A stretch of 64,000 nucleotides of DNA from Sphyrna mokarran (taxonomy: Eukaryota), in NCBI GenBank assembly GCA_024679065.1, contig JAGIQG010000019.1, positions 30,380,001-30,444,000 of the forward strand, written 5' to 3'. Position 1 is the stretch's first letter, and each line of letters begins with the position of its first letter. The notes under the pieces are model-generated. The model had not been told where the DNA came from. It made no database searches and worked only from the letters and a program-made list of their open reading frames with translations. The position numbers were made by a program, and so were the translations under genes. Shown here one piece after another: positions 39,246-50,803 of the stretch.

Positions 39246-40353
39246 ATCGTGTTTGCTATGACCATCTCAATATGATTCAACCCCTTATTCAGTTACCTCA
39301 AACTTAACACATTGATTAGACCACAGTTTTTCTTAACTTCAGCCATATTATCACTGTAGAAAACAATTCAGTCAGAAAATATGTTAAATTTACTGCAACT
39401 GATTAGAGAGAGAGACTGAATTGAATCTGTGTTCTTAGCTTAATGGTGGTTGTAAAAGATCCTGCAGCATTATTTTGAAAAAGAACAATGAGTCTTTGTA
39501 CTCCGTCTAATGTTATTCATTCAACTAATATTATCAAATTATAACATATTCTTCATTTAGCTTTGACAAACGGTCATGTGGACTCAAAACATCAATTCTT
39601 GCCAGATTTGCTGAGATTTTCCAGTATTTTCTCTTTTGGTTTTATTTTTCATTCATTTCATTTGTTGTCACTGTGCACAAGCTGACTTCTGCTCTCATCT
39701 CATAACACCGCAGCTCAAAATTGATTCATTGGAAATGAACTGCCTTTAAGGCATCCTTAGAATTATAACCATAGAATCACAGAAGGAAGCCTTGCAACCC
39801 ATCATTGAACTAATACTCTTACCTTGCTCAAGACCCTACCCATTGTCCTGCAAATGTTTTCCCTTTTAATGCTTATCCACGATCATGTAATTTCTTTCTT
39901 TAATAAGCCAACAACAAGCTAATTCTCTCCCTCCTCACTGGAGCAATCTAACCAGTGGGAGTAAATGAAAAAGTCATTAGAGTTAAATCAAACCTACATT
40001 TGTACTTCTTTTATTTTACTCCTTAACCTCCTCCTCTTTATGGCCCCTCACACTCTCTTCATCATCAGTTGTGGCTTTCTATCAGTTATTCTCTTCGACT
40101 CTTTCCTGTTTCCCCCCTTTCTCACAGTGTCTGGATAAGACTTTCAGATTTACTTATAGAGAGTGCAACGTAATTTATAATTGAGTGTACAGAGATAAGG
40201 AGTCTCAATGAACTGGTGGGAGAGGCCATCAAGCAGGTGTCTCTTTTATATCTGTCTTATATATAAGTCATAAATGAAATCTGGAATGATAGTGAGGGGG
40301 GAACAGAGGCCAATGCCTTGAAAAATGTGGAGCATTCAACACAAAATAGATAC

Positions 40354-40548
40354 CTTGAACTGAAGCAAATATCCAGGTTTGAGAGTCAGGTCCCGTGTTA
40401 CAGCAACCCGATCGCCATCCGATTTCCCAAACACCATGGCTGAGTGGGTCATGGAGCAGAAAGTTTCATTGCTGCCCATCCCCTCATTAGCCAGCATCAA
40501 CCAAATGCTCAGCTGGCTCATTGGGATATCATAGGAGGGTGTGTAGTC
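40354..40548 (-). CDS. RELN: Reelin coding exon (~27), 195 nt
   Basis: catttcag|GAC TAC ACA ... TTC AAG|gtatct; [65 protein letters not shown]. Confidence 0.95.
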
Positions 40549-42359
40549 CTGAAATGCAAGCAAGTAACAAAAATATATTAAATCCAACATATCAGCCCAT
40601 CTTACTCTACAAAGAGTATTACAGGAGTTAGAAGTACATGAATACATCATTGCTACCACACAAGGTTTTTTAAAAAAGGAGATATTTGTTTAAAAGTTAA
40701 AGGAGTGTTGTCATATGTTGCACAGTTTATGGTGTAATGATATACTTGTTTGGAAATGAGAATTTTTGATCTTATAAAGTTTGTAAGTCTGAAGCAATGT
40801 TGCAATTAAGCAAACTGGTCGGGTTCAGTATGTCAGGCTGCAAGATGGAGCCTATAAGCCAACAGTGAGCTGCTTAATGTAAAGTTGCTTTCAAACGCAA
40901 TAAATCCGGTTGAGTTGCCATTTGATGCTGGATTATTAGGAACCCGAAACAAGATAACATCAGAATAACACATGTGGAATGGATAGATAAGCTGCTTAGA
41001 ACCACACTGTTTATAACAGCTTCATATTTAGTGTGCCTATGGAACAGATGCACAAGTGTTCCAAGGACATCCAAGCAAGGCATTCCTGGAACACTCATCT
41101 CCATAAACTATCCTCGGATATCACCACTGGCCTACTGTGAAAAGCAGGATGCAGTGTTATCTTTAAGCATGTGGATTTTGCAGAAGAATCTGAAAAAAAA
41201 ACAATCCCCTAATGAAATCACGTTACTGAAAGCAGCAGTGTGCCTCAGCTCCAGCACACAAATGTTTCTGTTTTTCACTCACTTTCCCTATATGGTAACA
41301 ATCCTTTAAATTTGTTCTTCAAAATGTGGCTGACCCTTCAAATTATATGTAGTTTCAGAAATCTAATCTCAATGATTCTTCTTCAGACTAATCAATGCTA
41401 AGTTGGGCTTTCTTGAACAGTTGATCATAAGCACCATCAGGCTCTGATGTTTAAAACAGAGCTAGTTAAAGTTTAGGAAGACTGCAAAATATAGCACCAG
41501 GCTACAAAAAGGCTGTGGAATCATAAACAGGCAAAGGCCAATACAGGAAATCCTTCTTTATCGAGATCTTTTCATCAGGATACAAAGAGCAATCATTCTG
41601 GAATGAATATGTTTTGTTATTGAATGATGTGGAGAAACATGAAGGACAAATCACATGTTGGGGTGGTAGATATAATTCCATTCTGTTTTTGTGCAAATCT
41701 TTATATAAACTGTTGTTTGTTCAAATCAAAGTAATGGGTGTCATTATTACGGAATGAGAGTTTTGCACTTCTGACAAGCCAAGGTCAGCACTGAGCACTC
41801 TTGTATTAGGCTCAGCAGGGACAGGATGGAACATAAACCTTCCTCACCTTTACTTCATCTACTGAAACTCATCTAATGATGCCTCACAATGCATCCTCTC
41901 TAGCGGGACCAAACTGAAATGAAAAATTTTCAATTGCAAACTATGTGCCTCATGCTCAAACCAGATTTAAAAGCTTCACTTGGCCTATGGCAGGCAGAAG
42001 GCTTCTCATTGTTTTCAGCGACTGGGAAGCATTATGTAGCTCCTGCAGTGATTGAATAAACTAATGAGGAATCTCTAATTCAGGAAACCACGTCACTGGC
42101 TGGTTATGCTGCATACCAGGTTTCCATGATATTAAAGGTCAGAGGACTGACTTTCTGTTGTTATTTCTACCTGGGTTGGGCAGGCTGGAGAATCAGCATC
42201 CAGTCATTCACTGCCATGTCTGGGATTTTCCACCACAAGTGATGACAAACATTACATGCACTCATCCAATTGTTGGAGTGGATTCAAAGCAGTTGGCAAA
42301 AATATCTTGATGCCAGACATCATATTTATTGGCCTCCATAGCAATGCTGAAACGAGTGA

Positions 42360-42515
42360 TAAGATATATTTTTGAACAGTAAAGGAATCAAGGATTATGG
42401 TGAGCAGGTGGATAAGTGGAGTTGAATCTATAAAAAAAATCAGCCATACTCTTGTTGAATGGCAGAGTAGGCTTGAGGGGGCCAGATGGCCTACTCCTGC
42501 TCCTAGTTCTTATGG
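42360..42515 (+). mobile_element. CR1 3' terminus only
   Basis: ggaatcaaggattatgg...atcagccat...gaatggcagagtaggcttgaggggccagatggcctactcctgctcct. Confidence 0.8.
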
Positions 42516-42627
42516 AGCGTGTTACTAGTGCCTATGATGTTATGGTAGGCAAGAGAAGAAATATATTTGAGACCCACCCATAAAAGCAGCTGGCGATGTT
42601 TGGTTGTCACAAGCATCCAATAGTTTT

Positions 42628-43005
42628 TGCTTTATTTGTTCACAGATCTGAGCATCACCAACAAGACCAGGCATTTGTTGCCCAACTCTTAATTCTGTTT
42701 TGGATGGTGGCAGTGAACTGTCTTCTTGGATTGCTGCAGTCCATTGGGGTTAACACCCACAGTACTGTAAGAAAGTAAATTCCAGGGTTTTGATCCAGCA
42801 GCAGGGAAGGATGGAATGTACTTGAGTTGCTGCAGTGTATTCTATGGGTGGTCCATATAACTGCCATTGTGCGTCAGTGTAGAGTGAGTAAATGTTGAAA
42901 ATAATGGATGGGGAGGCCAATCAAGCCAACTGCATTGTTCTGAATGGTGTTGAGCTTCTTGAATGCTGCTGGAACTGAAATCATCCAGGCAAGTGGAGAC
43001 TCCAG
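42628..43005 (-). mobile_element. Decayed L2/CR1-group LINE 3' end of a different family
   Basis: Minus-strand translation PLAWM...FKKLNTIQNNAVGLIG...HRIHCSNS; 3' end resembles the tail of the SINE at 5990-6365. Confidence 0.65.
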
Positions 43006-43894
43006 ACTTCATCCCTCACTCTCCTATTCTCTCACTATGCCCCATCCATGCAAGTGTATGCCGCACAGACACTTCGATGGTCCCTCATTCCTCCATGTCC
43101 CCATAACCCCACAGCACTTTGTAGTCCCTATGATGGGATTTTCAGCATGATCAAGAGCCTCTATTGTGGTGAAAGCCTGGGCCAGAGATTGGTCAATGCA
43201 ACTCTGCAATATGAAAGATTGGGATCTGCAGGAGACTCGCACTGCAGAAGCCTTAAATTGTGAATTGGCTGGCCTAGGAGCCTTTATTTCAACCTCATTA
43301 GATTGCCAATTTAATGCCATTAGTGTACCCACTTACTAAAATGATAAACTTGGACACTCAGCCTTATTTAACAATTAATTTCATGCTTCAGATCCCAGTC
43401 AGAATAGACTGATACCTTGCCACAAATAACCACAATTATCTTTCATTTAAACCCCATTTGGAACTGCTTCCAATCTAACATGCCCCACAGTGTTTAAAAC
43501 AAGTTCTATTAAAACAAGTTCAACCTACTCAGGATGGAAAGAAATACTCGTTTAATCTTGCACTTGTGCAGTTGCTGCAAGGTTATTCCAGCAGCATTGT
43601 TGTTCTGAATGTGGAACTTTTCTATCGTGTAAGGAATGTCCACACAATATGAAATTCATATCACGTCATTGGCTATTTTTACTAAGTTGAGACCATCTCC
43701 TGTTCTGATCAGGAATAGAAGCAATGTTTGAGAGAGCAATTCTCTTTTCTCCGGTAATGTTTTGCCTCACTTAGCAGCACTGCAATATAACTGAGCTGTT
43801 GAGATATTTCTTTGCTGTAATTTTGGATTGAACAGGCACTAAATACAGTTCTATTTCTGATTCTCTCTTCTGTGTGCCATCAGTGGCATAACTG

Positions 43895-44245
43895 TCCAGT
43901 AGGCTGACACGCCAGTGTGCTACTGAGGGAATGCTGCACTGTCAGAGGAGGCAACTTTCAGGTGAAATGTTAAACCAAAGACACATCTGCTCTCTCAGAC
44001 AAATGTGAAGAATCCCGTGTCATTATCTCGAAGAGGTGCTGGGGAGTGCCCAGAGTTGTGGTCAACATTTGTCATACCATCAACATCACAAAGCAGATTA
44101 TCTAATCATTATCACATTGCTGACTGTTTGCTGTGCTTCAAACTGGCTGCCACATTTTCTACATTACACATCAAACCTGATTTTACAGCCTTTTGGAATG
44201 TCTGGAGATTGTGAAAGGTGCTACAAAAATACAAGACTTTATTTC
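43895..44245 (+). mobile_element. Deu-SINE (SacSINE1/AmnSINE1-like)
   Basis: gagggaatgctgcactgtcagagg...tttcaggtgaaatgttaaacc...tctgctctctcag...aagaatcccgtg resembles the Deu domain as I recall it. Confidence 0.75.
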
Positions 44246-45469
44246 AATCTTTATAAATGAATCCAGAAATACTGGGTTATGGATTTAAAGACCAATCAAT
44301 CTCATTTATGATGAATAGTTGCTGATTACTGATACTCCAAATTATTCTTCTAGAGCCTAGAAGTAAAAGCTTTCCTGCCCCAATCTTGCCTAAAACCTTG
44401 TCCAAGTTAAAATGGTCTGACAGCTTTAATAATCCTTGTTCAGAGTGCTATATCTTAGGCAGTGGCAAAAAAACATAACACTTGACGGACAAGATGGATG
44501 AAAGAATTGTCTTAGCGTTGGAAATAGAACAAATTTCATCTTTATTATAAAGTTAGTCCCATTTTAGCATGAGACTCAGTCACTGGTTTGGATTCTTCAT
44601 TCAGCTTTTTTACTGCCAGGATAGTTATGACCTTATCTGGAGATTCCACACAGTATCTGTCACACTATTGAATTGTCTGCCTTTGGGCATCCTGGTTGTT
44701 TAGCAATGGAACAGCTTCACTTGTGTTTAAACTCCTTTCTTCTGTGACAACTTTGAGAACTTTTAATGGCTCTGATGTAGAGGGAGGCCCTAGCTTTTAC
44801 TTCTGAGTACAGAAACCTATCTTAAGAAATCCATGTAACAGCATCCTTGCTGTACTCTGGTGTTCTGCTCAATTCATTGACATGTACTCTGTTACTCACT
44901 GGGAAATACTAGCTTAGAAAATTACCCCAATATAATGTTCTGTCAGAGGAGTGCCTGTCTTGTCCATTTGTCACAGATGGACTATACTTAAACTATACAG
45001 TGTGTATGGGAGCAATTTCTCTACGGATATCAGTTTGCAATGAATTATACTTTGCAAACAACATGGTCCTCAGAGAGAGATGCATTCATGTTCACATCGG
45101 AGCAATGTGAAAAACTCATCATGGAGTGAGATTGTTTTAATCTACAACACAAGTTCCTAGGCAACCAGAGTTGTTTGCTGATCCCATCTCCAGAGGTTCT
45201 TATCTGGTTAAGCAAGCCATTTCTAAATCAACGTAAGTTCAAAAAAAACACACCTTCCCCGTCAGATTCAACAGAGAAAAACACTTTATATTGTTAATAA
45301 TTAAACAGCAGGAACTTGAATGGGATTCTCCAAGATGCCTTTGTACCTGCTTATTTTACATTACAGGATGCCAGCATCTTTGGTATGGCTCCCTGGACCA
45401 TTGTTGCTAGTGCTTTGAAACAAAACCATAGACACACAATGAAACAAACAACTGTGGTAATGAGTTTCA

Positions 45470-45580
45470 CAGGCTCTTTGGGTGAAGAAGTATTTTCTCA
45501 TCTCAGTCCTAAATGGTCTACCCCAAATCCTCAGACTGTGTCTCCTGGTTCTGGAATCCCCACCCTCGGGAACATCCTCT
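45470..45580 (-). mobile_element. Short CR1 C-terminal fragment
   Basis: SRTRRHSLRIWGRPFRTEMRKYFFTQR. Confidence 0.75.
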
Positions 45581-45924
45581 CTACGCACTGTCGTGCATTA
45601 TTTAGTTTCTCCAGACAAGTTAGTTATTGTATTGGCTAGGAATAGCTTCTCTGATCAGCTAGTTGAAATACTACTATGCGTTGCTCAAAACTGGAACACA
45701 AAGAACTTGAAAGCATGTCATGCATAAGCAGGTTAATGCTTGAACCTAATTAACTTTCTATATCCCAGTGATTACAGAATCTCAGTTTTCTGATTTGTCC
45801 AGATATCCCAATTCTATATGGTCGGATGACCTTCATGAATTGCAGTCAATATTTGTTATTAATGATGAAAAAATGCTCCATTCTAGCGCATAGATTTTAA
45901 GGCAAGAGACATATTTGTATTAAG

Positions 45925-47410
45925 TGTTACAATCCCAGCTGTTGATACTACTGGACAATCAGGTCCCAGAAAGGAACCCAGCTAATGGCTGGGACTTTTT
46001 CTTCTTTAGAGTCATGGATGAATAGAGTCACAGGACTGCTAAATGACTTTAAGAAAATAATTAAACATTTATTAAACATGACAAGATACAGTATCCCTTC
46101 ACTCTACTCCATCTGTGCACACTTTTTTAAGGATAACACAGAGTAGCACAGTAACGCAGTGGTTAGCCTGCTGCTTCACGGTGCTGGGAATCCGGGTTCG
46201 ATTCCTGGCTTGGGTCTCTGTCGGTGTGGCATTTGCAATGTTCTCCCCATGTCTGCGTTGGTTTCCTGTGGGTGCTCCAGTTTTCTCCCACATTCTGAAA
46301 AACGTGCTGGTTAGGTGCATTGATCCGAGCAGCTGCTTGACTGTCACAACTAGAGAATTTCACAGTAACTCCATTGCAGTGTGAATGTAAGCCTTACTGA
46401 TAAATAAATCTTACTCTAATAAGTTACAAAATACATGTTTCATTCTAATGCTTTTGCTAAGTACATAGTCCATGTAAACTGATAGGTGAAATGCTGTCAG
46501 CCACACTGCACTCTGAAACTAAGTGAGAGGTGGCACCCAAAAGGACTCCTGCAGATTTCTTATCAAATCCCTCCCCATTTACTGATCACCAGCCAAATGG
46601 TCATATTGGAACTCTGATTTCCACACAAGAGTTTCCTAACTCCACTCTCAAAGAACACACTTTGAAATCACCTTCCATACAATGCTTTCTTTCAGATGCC
46701 TTCACCAAGGATTTTAATCTCACTTTTCTGAAGCTACATGTACTATTTCTCTTCTCTGGATTACCATATACATTCAAGCCTCCAGATATCCTCTTAGGTA
46801 CCCAACCATGCCAATAGAACACCGCTACTTCAAAGATTGTATTAAGGTGTTTCCAACCTTGTAATTACTTCAGATCTTTGGCTTCTCATTAGCTGATTTC
46901 ACCAGGCCTTTCAGTTCTATCTTTAACCAAGAACCTCTTTTTACTCTTTCCTTTAACTTCAGTGAACAGTACCTACTCAGATTCTAGTTCTTTGTTTTTT
47001 TGACTTCAGTCTTACAGGGGTTCTGCTTTTCAATCTTACTGGGATTCCTCTTTTCATTTCCTGGTTTCTAGAACAATATGTTCTTTCCGTTCATTACTTC
47101 ACTGTCCAGTTTCTTTGTTGGTCATTTCTGTAAAAGCTGCCCCCTTCCCAAGTACCTGGTTGCAACAAAATCAAGTGCTAATGCTTCTCACTGTAGGCCC
47201 CTGGTTACTAAGCAACAGTCTAGAGTATATTTAAACCCTGCTTATTTTCTTGCTGCAAATCCTTCAATTTCAATGCAGGCACAATTTGAAATGAAACCAA
47301 AACCCAATGACATAGAAGAAGCTCACAAAATTAAACTTACGTAAAGCTATAGCTTATTTCTAATACCCACAAATGCAAATCTAGATTACTTAAAACTCTG
47401 TTTCCTTACA
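45925..47410 (-). mobile_element. Solo-LTR-like element of the same family, carrying a SINE insertion
   Basis: TGTTACAATCCCAGCTG ... CCTTACA ends; flanks TAAG / AAAG (3 of 4 match). Confidence 0.7.
46138..46420 (+). mobile_element. V-SINE with a non-HE1 tail, inserted in a solo LTR
   Basis: gcagtggttagc, ccgggttcgattcc, V-domain, then cacagtaactccattgcagtgtgaatgtaagcc...aataaa. Confidence 0.85.
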
Positions 47411-47502
47411 AAAGTTCAAATCTGCTTCTTAAAGTTAATACTACAAGTAATTCCAGTCAGAACGTTATCTCGTGCAACAAGGACATGTTTATACTTTATA
47501 TC

Positions 47503-47738
47503 AAAGTACCAACTGACTCAAGACCAGCTTTTTCCCTGCTGCCATCAGACTTTTGAATGGACCTACCCTGCATTAAGTTGAATTTTCTCTACACCTTAGT
47601 TATGACGTAACACTACATATTGCAATCTCTCCTTTCATTCACTATGAACGGTATGCTTTGTCTATATAATGAAAGAAACAATACTTTTCGCTGTATACTA
47701 ATACATATGACAATAATAAATCAAATCAAAACAAATCA
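47503..47738 (+). mobile_element. Rex1/Babar-like LINE 3' end
   Basis: accaactgactcaagaccagctttttccctgctgccatcagact (..LKTSFFPAAIRLL), then a 3' UTR ending in (AAATC)n repeats. Confidence 0.7.
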
Positions 47739-47769
47739 GATTAAGGTAGCTGGATTTATCACATACAGT

Positions 47770-49330
47770 GTCTAAAGTATAGAAGGAAGGCATTCAGACC
47801 ATTGAGTCTCTACCAACTGTATCCCACCCAGGCCCTATTCCTGTAACCCTACACATTTATCCTGCTAATCCTCCTGACCCTAGGGTCAATTTAGCATTGC
47901 CAATCAACCTAACTTCAAATCTTTGGATTGTGGGAGGAAACCAAAGCATTTGGAGGAAACTCACACAGACAGGAGCAGTGCCAGGCAATACAACAGGACA
48001 TAGATAGGTTGGTAGACTGGGCAGATAGATGGCAAATGGAATTTAATCTGGATAAATGCGAGGTGATGCATTTTGGCCGGAAAAATGTAGAAGAGAGTTA
48101 TAAGATAAAAGGTAAAACTATTCGGAGTATAGAGACGCAGAGAGACTTGGGGGTGCAGGTTCACAAGTCTCTGAAGGTGTCTTCACAGGTGGAGAAGGTG
48201 ATAAAGAAAGCGTATATTATGTTAGCTTTCATAGAAAAGGGTATAGAATACAAGAGTAGGAGTTTGATGTTGCAATTGTATAGAATGTTGGTTAGGCCTC
48301 ACTTGGAATACTGCGTCCAGTTCTGGTCGCCGTACTATCGGAAGGATGTGGAGTCCTTGGAGAGAGTGCAGAGGAGGTTTACCAGGATGCTGCCTGGTAT
48401 GGAAGGACTGTCTTATGAGGAACGATTAAATAGACTGGGGTTGTTTTCCCTTGAAAGACGTCGGCTTAGAGGGGATCTCATAGAGGTGTATAAGATTATA
48501 AGGGGTATGGATAGAGTAAATGGAGGTAAACTTTTTCCACCTTTAGAAATGGATAGGACGAGGGGTCATGGCCATAGGGTGAGGGGGGCTATGTATAGGA
48601 CGAATATTAGAGGGCAGTTTTTCACACAAAGGGTAGTGGGGGTGTGGAATGCACTGCCGAGTAAGGTGGTGGGAGCAGGCATGCTAGGGCTGTTTAAGGG
48701 TCTCTTGGACAGCCACATGAGCGTTATGCAGATAGAGGGATATAGTAGGACTGTTTAACTATGGCTTTTTTTTCCCACAGGTAATTCGGTCCAACTTGAC
48801 CAACAAGGAGCATGCATTCGGCAGGTGGTGCGAGGACAGCTCTTGGATGTTGATTCATGGGTTGCCTGGTGCTTCATGTCGTAAATGAGTGCTTTATCTG
48901 GACCATCTGAAGGGCACCATGACAGCTCAGTGACTATCGCTGTAGCTGTGCAGACACTTGGAATTGGGCCGGTGTCTGCGGGAGTTTGCGCGTTCTCCCC
49001 GTGGTTGCGTGGGTTTTCTCCGGGCGCTCCGGTTTCCTCCCACATCCCAAAAATTCGCTCTTAGGCTGATTGGGAAACAAATTGTCCCTACATTGAGATT
49101 CTTCCATATTAGGAATAACCTAAAATTAGAATAGGATAATGGAATTGTTACTATATAGTTATGACGGCGGCGCGGGCTCATTGGGCCGAAGGGCCTGTTT
49201 CCCGTGCTGTGTTGCTCTAAACTCTAAAGACACAGGGAGAAAGTGGAAACTCCAAACAGACAGTGTCTTGAGGTTAGACTTGCAACCTCATGAGGCAACA
49301 GCGCTAAGTACTGTATACTATGAGCACCAG
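47770..49330 (-). mobile_element. HE1-like V-SINE split into 47770-47971 and 49228-49330 by a CR1 insertion
   Basis: Joined halves read ggaggaaactcacacagacacagggagaaagtggaaactccaaacagacag, the reverse complement of the V-domain. Confidence 0.85.
47972..49227 (+). mobile_element. 5'-truncated copy of the same CR1 family (ORF2 C-terminus + V-domain 3' UTR), nested in a HE1-like SINE
   Basis: EQCQAIQQDIDRLVDWADRW...QIEGY nearly identical to the 20117-23023 protein; tail (CTCTAAA)2; AGACA repeated at 47967-47971 and 49228-49232. Confidence 0.95.
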
Positions 49331-49581
49331 AATGCGACTGGTATTCAGTTAGCAACTTCAATAATTAACTCCCTGGTAGCAACAGGCAGGGTTTCACTTG
49401 AGTCATCTGGCAGGGGATGAGATTTTAAAAGGGCTTTTTTCATCTTAGTGCCCAGAGCCTGGACTTTAAAACAGACACAACAGCTCAGCAGGCCAGTGCT
49501 GATAGAGATGTTCAAAATAAACATCTAACATTTACCAAAGCAAAAATGTTGGTTACAAATAGTTACCTGGCAGTACATCAC

Positions 49582-49860
49582 TTGAGTATTGCTAAAGAAG
49601 AAAGAGACATACTGTTGAAGCTTTTCATTTCATTTTGCACTCATTAGGACAGATGTAAGAATACCATATTTCAAAAGGAGGATCAATTTAACAACATTTA
49701 ACAGTTAAATTAAAGAAAAGCACAGTGGACAATAACACCAATCATAATATCTCGACCAGAGTCTACTTGCTGACCAACCTGCATCCTTTATTCATGCAGT
49801 ATAAATTGTTTCTCCCTTTGACATTTGGCATTCTTGAATCTATTCTGATTACTGCAAGGT
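49582..49860. repeat. Decayed inverted repeat, probably Penelope-derived
   Basis: ttgcactcattaggacagatgtaagaataccatatttcaaaagg versus cctttgacatttggcattcttgaatctattctgattactgcaa. Confidence 0.5.
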
Positions 49861-50292
49861 GTAGGGTTACAGAAAAATACTATTATTGAAAGCTGCTGAA
49901 TCTACTAGAAGGATATTCATCCAATTTATTGATCTACTCTATCTGCCTGACGCCAGTATGTTACAGTTCCCATTACACTCACTCCCAAATAGAAAATGGG
50001 GTGAATTTTTAAAAGATTTCCAACTTTTTACTATTTTATTCTCTTTCGCTACGTAAAGAGAAATCTGTTTCCATTACTTTTATTGAGTCCTTTCTTTAAA
50101 TTGGACAGCTGGAACACTGAGGAAAACTCAGGTCTCCCTTGCCCAGCCAGATTTTTTGTTCAGCTCATTTTCTGGAATGTGGAAATTATGTTACAATGAT
50201 AAAGCTATTCAAATGGCAGGAATAACAATTAAGGGCACACCACTAAAAAATTGCACAAAAACAAAAATCACTTAAATTCCTGAAGGTATAAA

Positions 50293-50519
50293 GACTGGGA
50301 TTTTCTGCCGCCCTGATTTCTAAACTATAACCAGTGTATTTTCTGACGGAGGAAAAGACTCGCCATTGACTGCCAGAGAGATACCCTGCTCCCGCCAAAG
50401 TCTATGGCTCATTTTATGGCTTGCCTGTCATCCCGCCACTGGGGAATCAGCTGCAAAAAGGGAGTCCTTCACTTGGACCGGAGGATCGCATCAGCAGGAG
50501 GGGTCAGAAAATCCTGTCC
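50293..50519. mobile_element. Short MITE
   Basis: GACTGGGATTTTCTG ... CAGAAAATCCTGTCC; similar ends at ~56693-56790 and ~29680-29818. Confidence 0.55.
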
Positions 50520-50803
50520 AAAGTGTAAGTTGCATAATTCACATTGCTACATTGCAGCCAACCACAGGCTGACAGTTACCATGCTAATTTATGTCAAAAC
50601 CCCTTTGTGCTATCTGGAACTCAGCTGTGTCTGGCAGAGCAAATGACTGAAGTGCTGGAAGGATTAATTTGCCAACCTGCTGAATAAGTTTATCTTCCAT
50701 TGTACTGTACTTCATGTTGTATCTATGCATTGGTTGTGAATTTCATTGATGGGAGTTCAAGAGGGGCGCTTGATTTAACCCAGCAATATCATCACTAATG
50801 AAA

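Noticed and set aside
47928-48758. 276-aa ORF as a novel fusion gene
   Set aside because: The first ~14 residues come from antisense SINE sequence read into a truncated CR1; TTG start.
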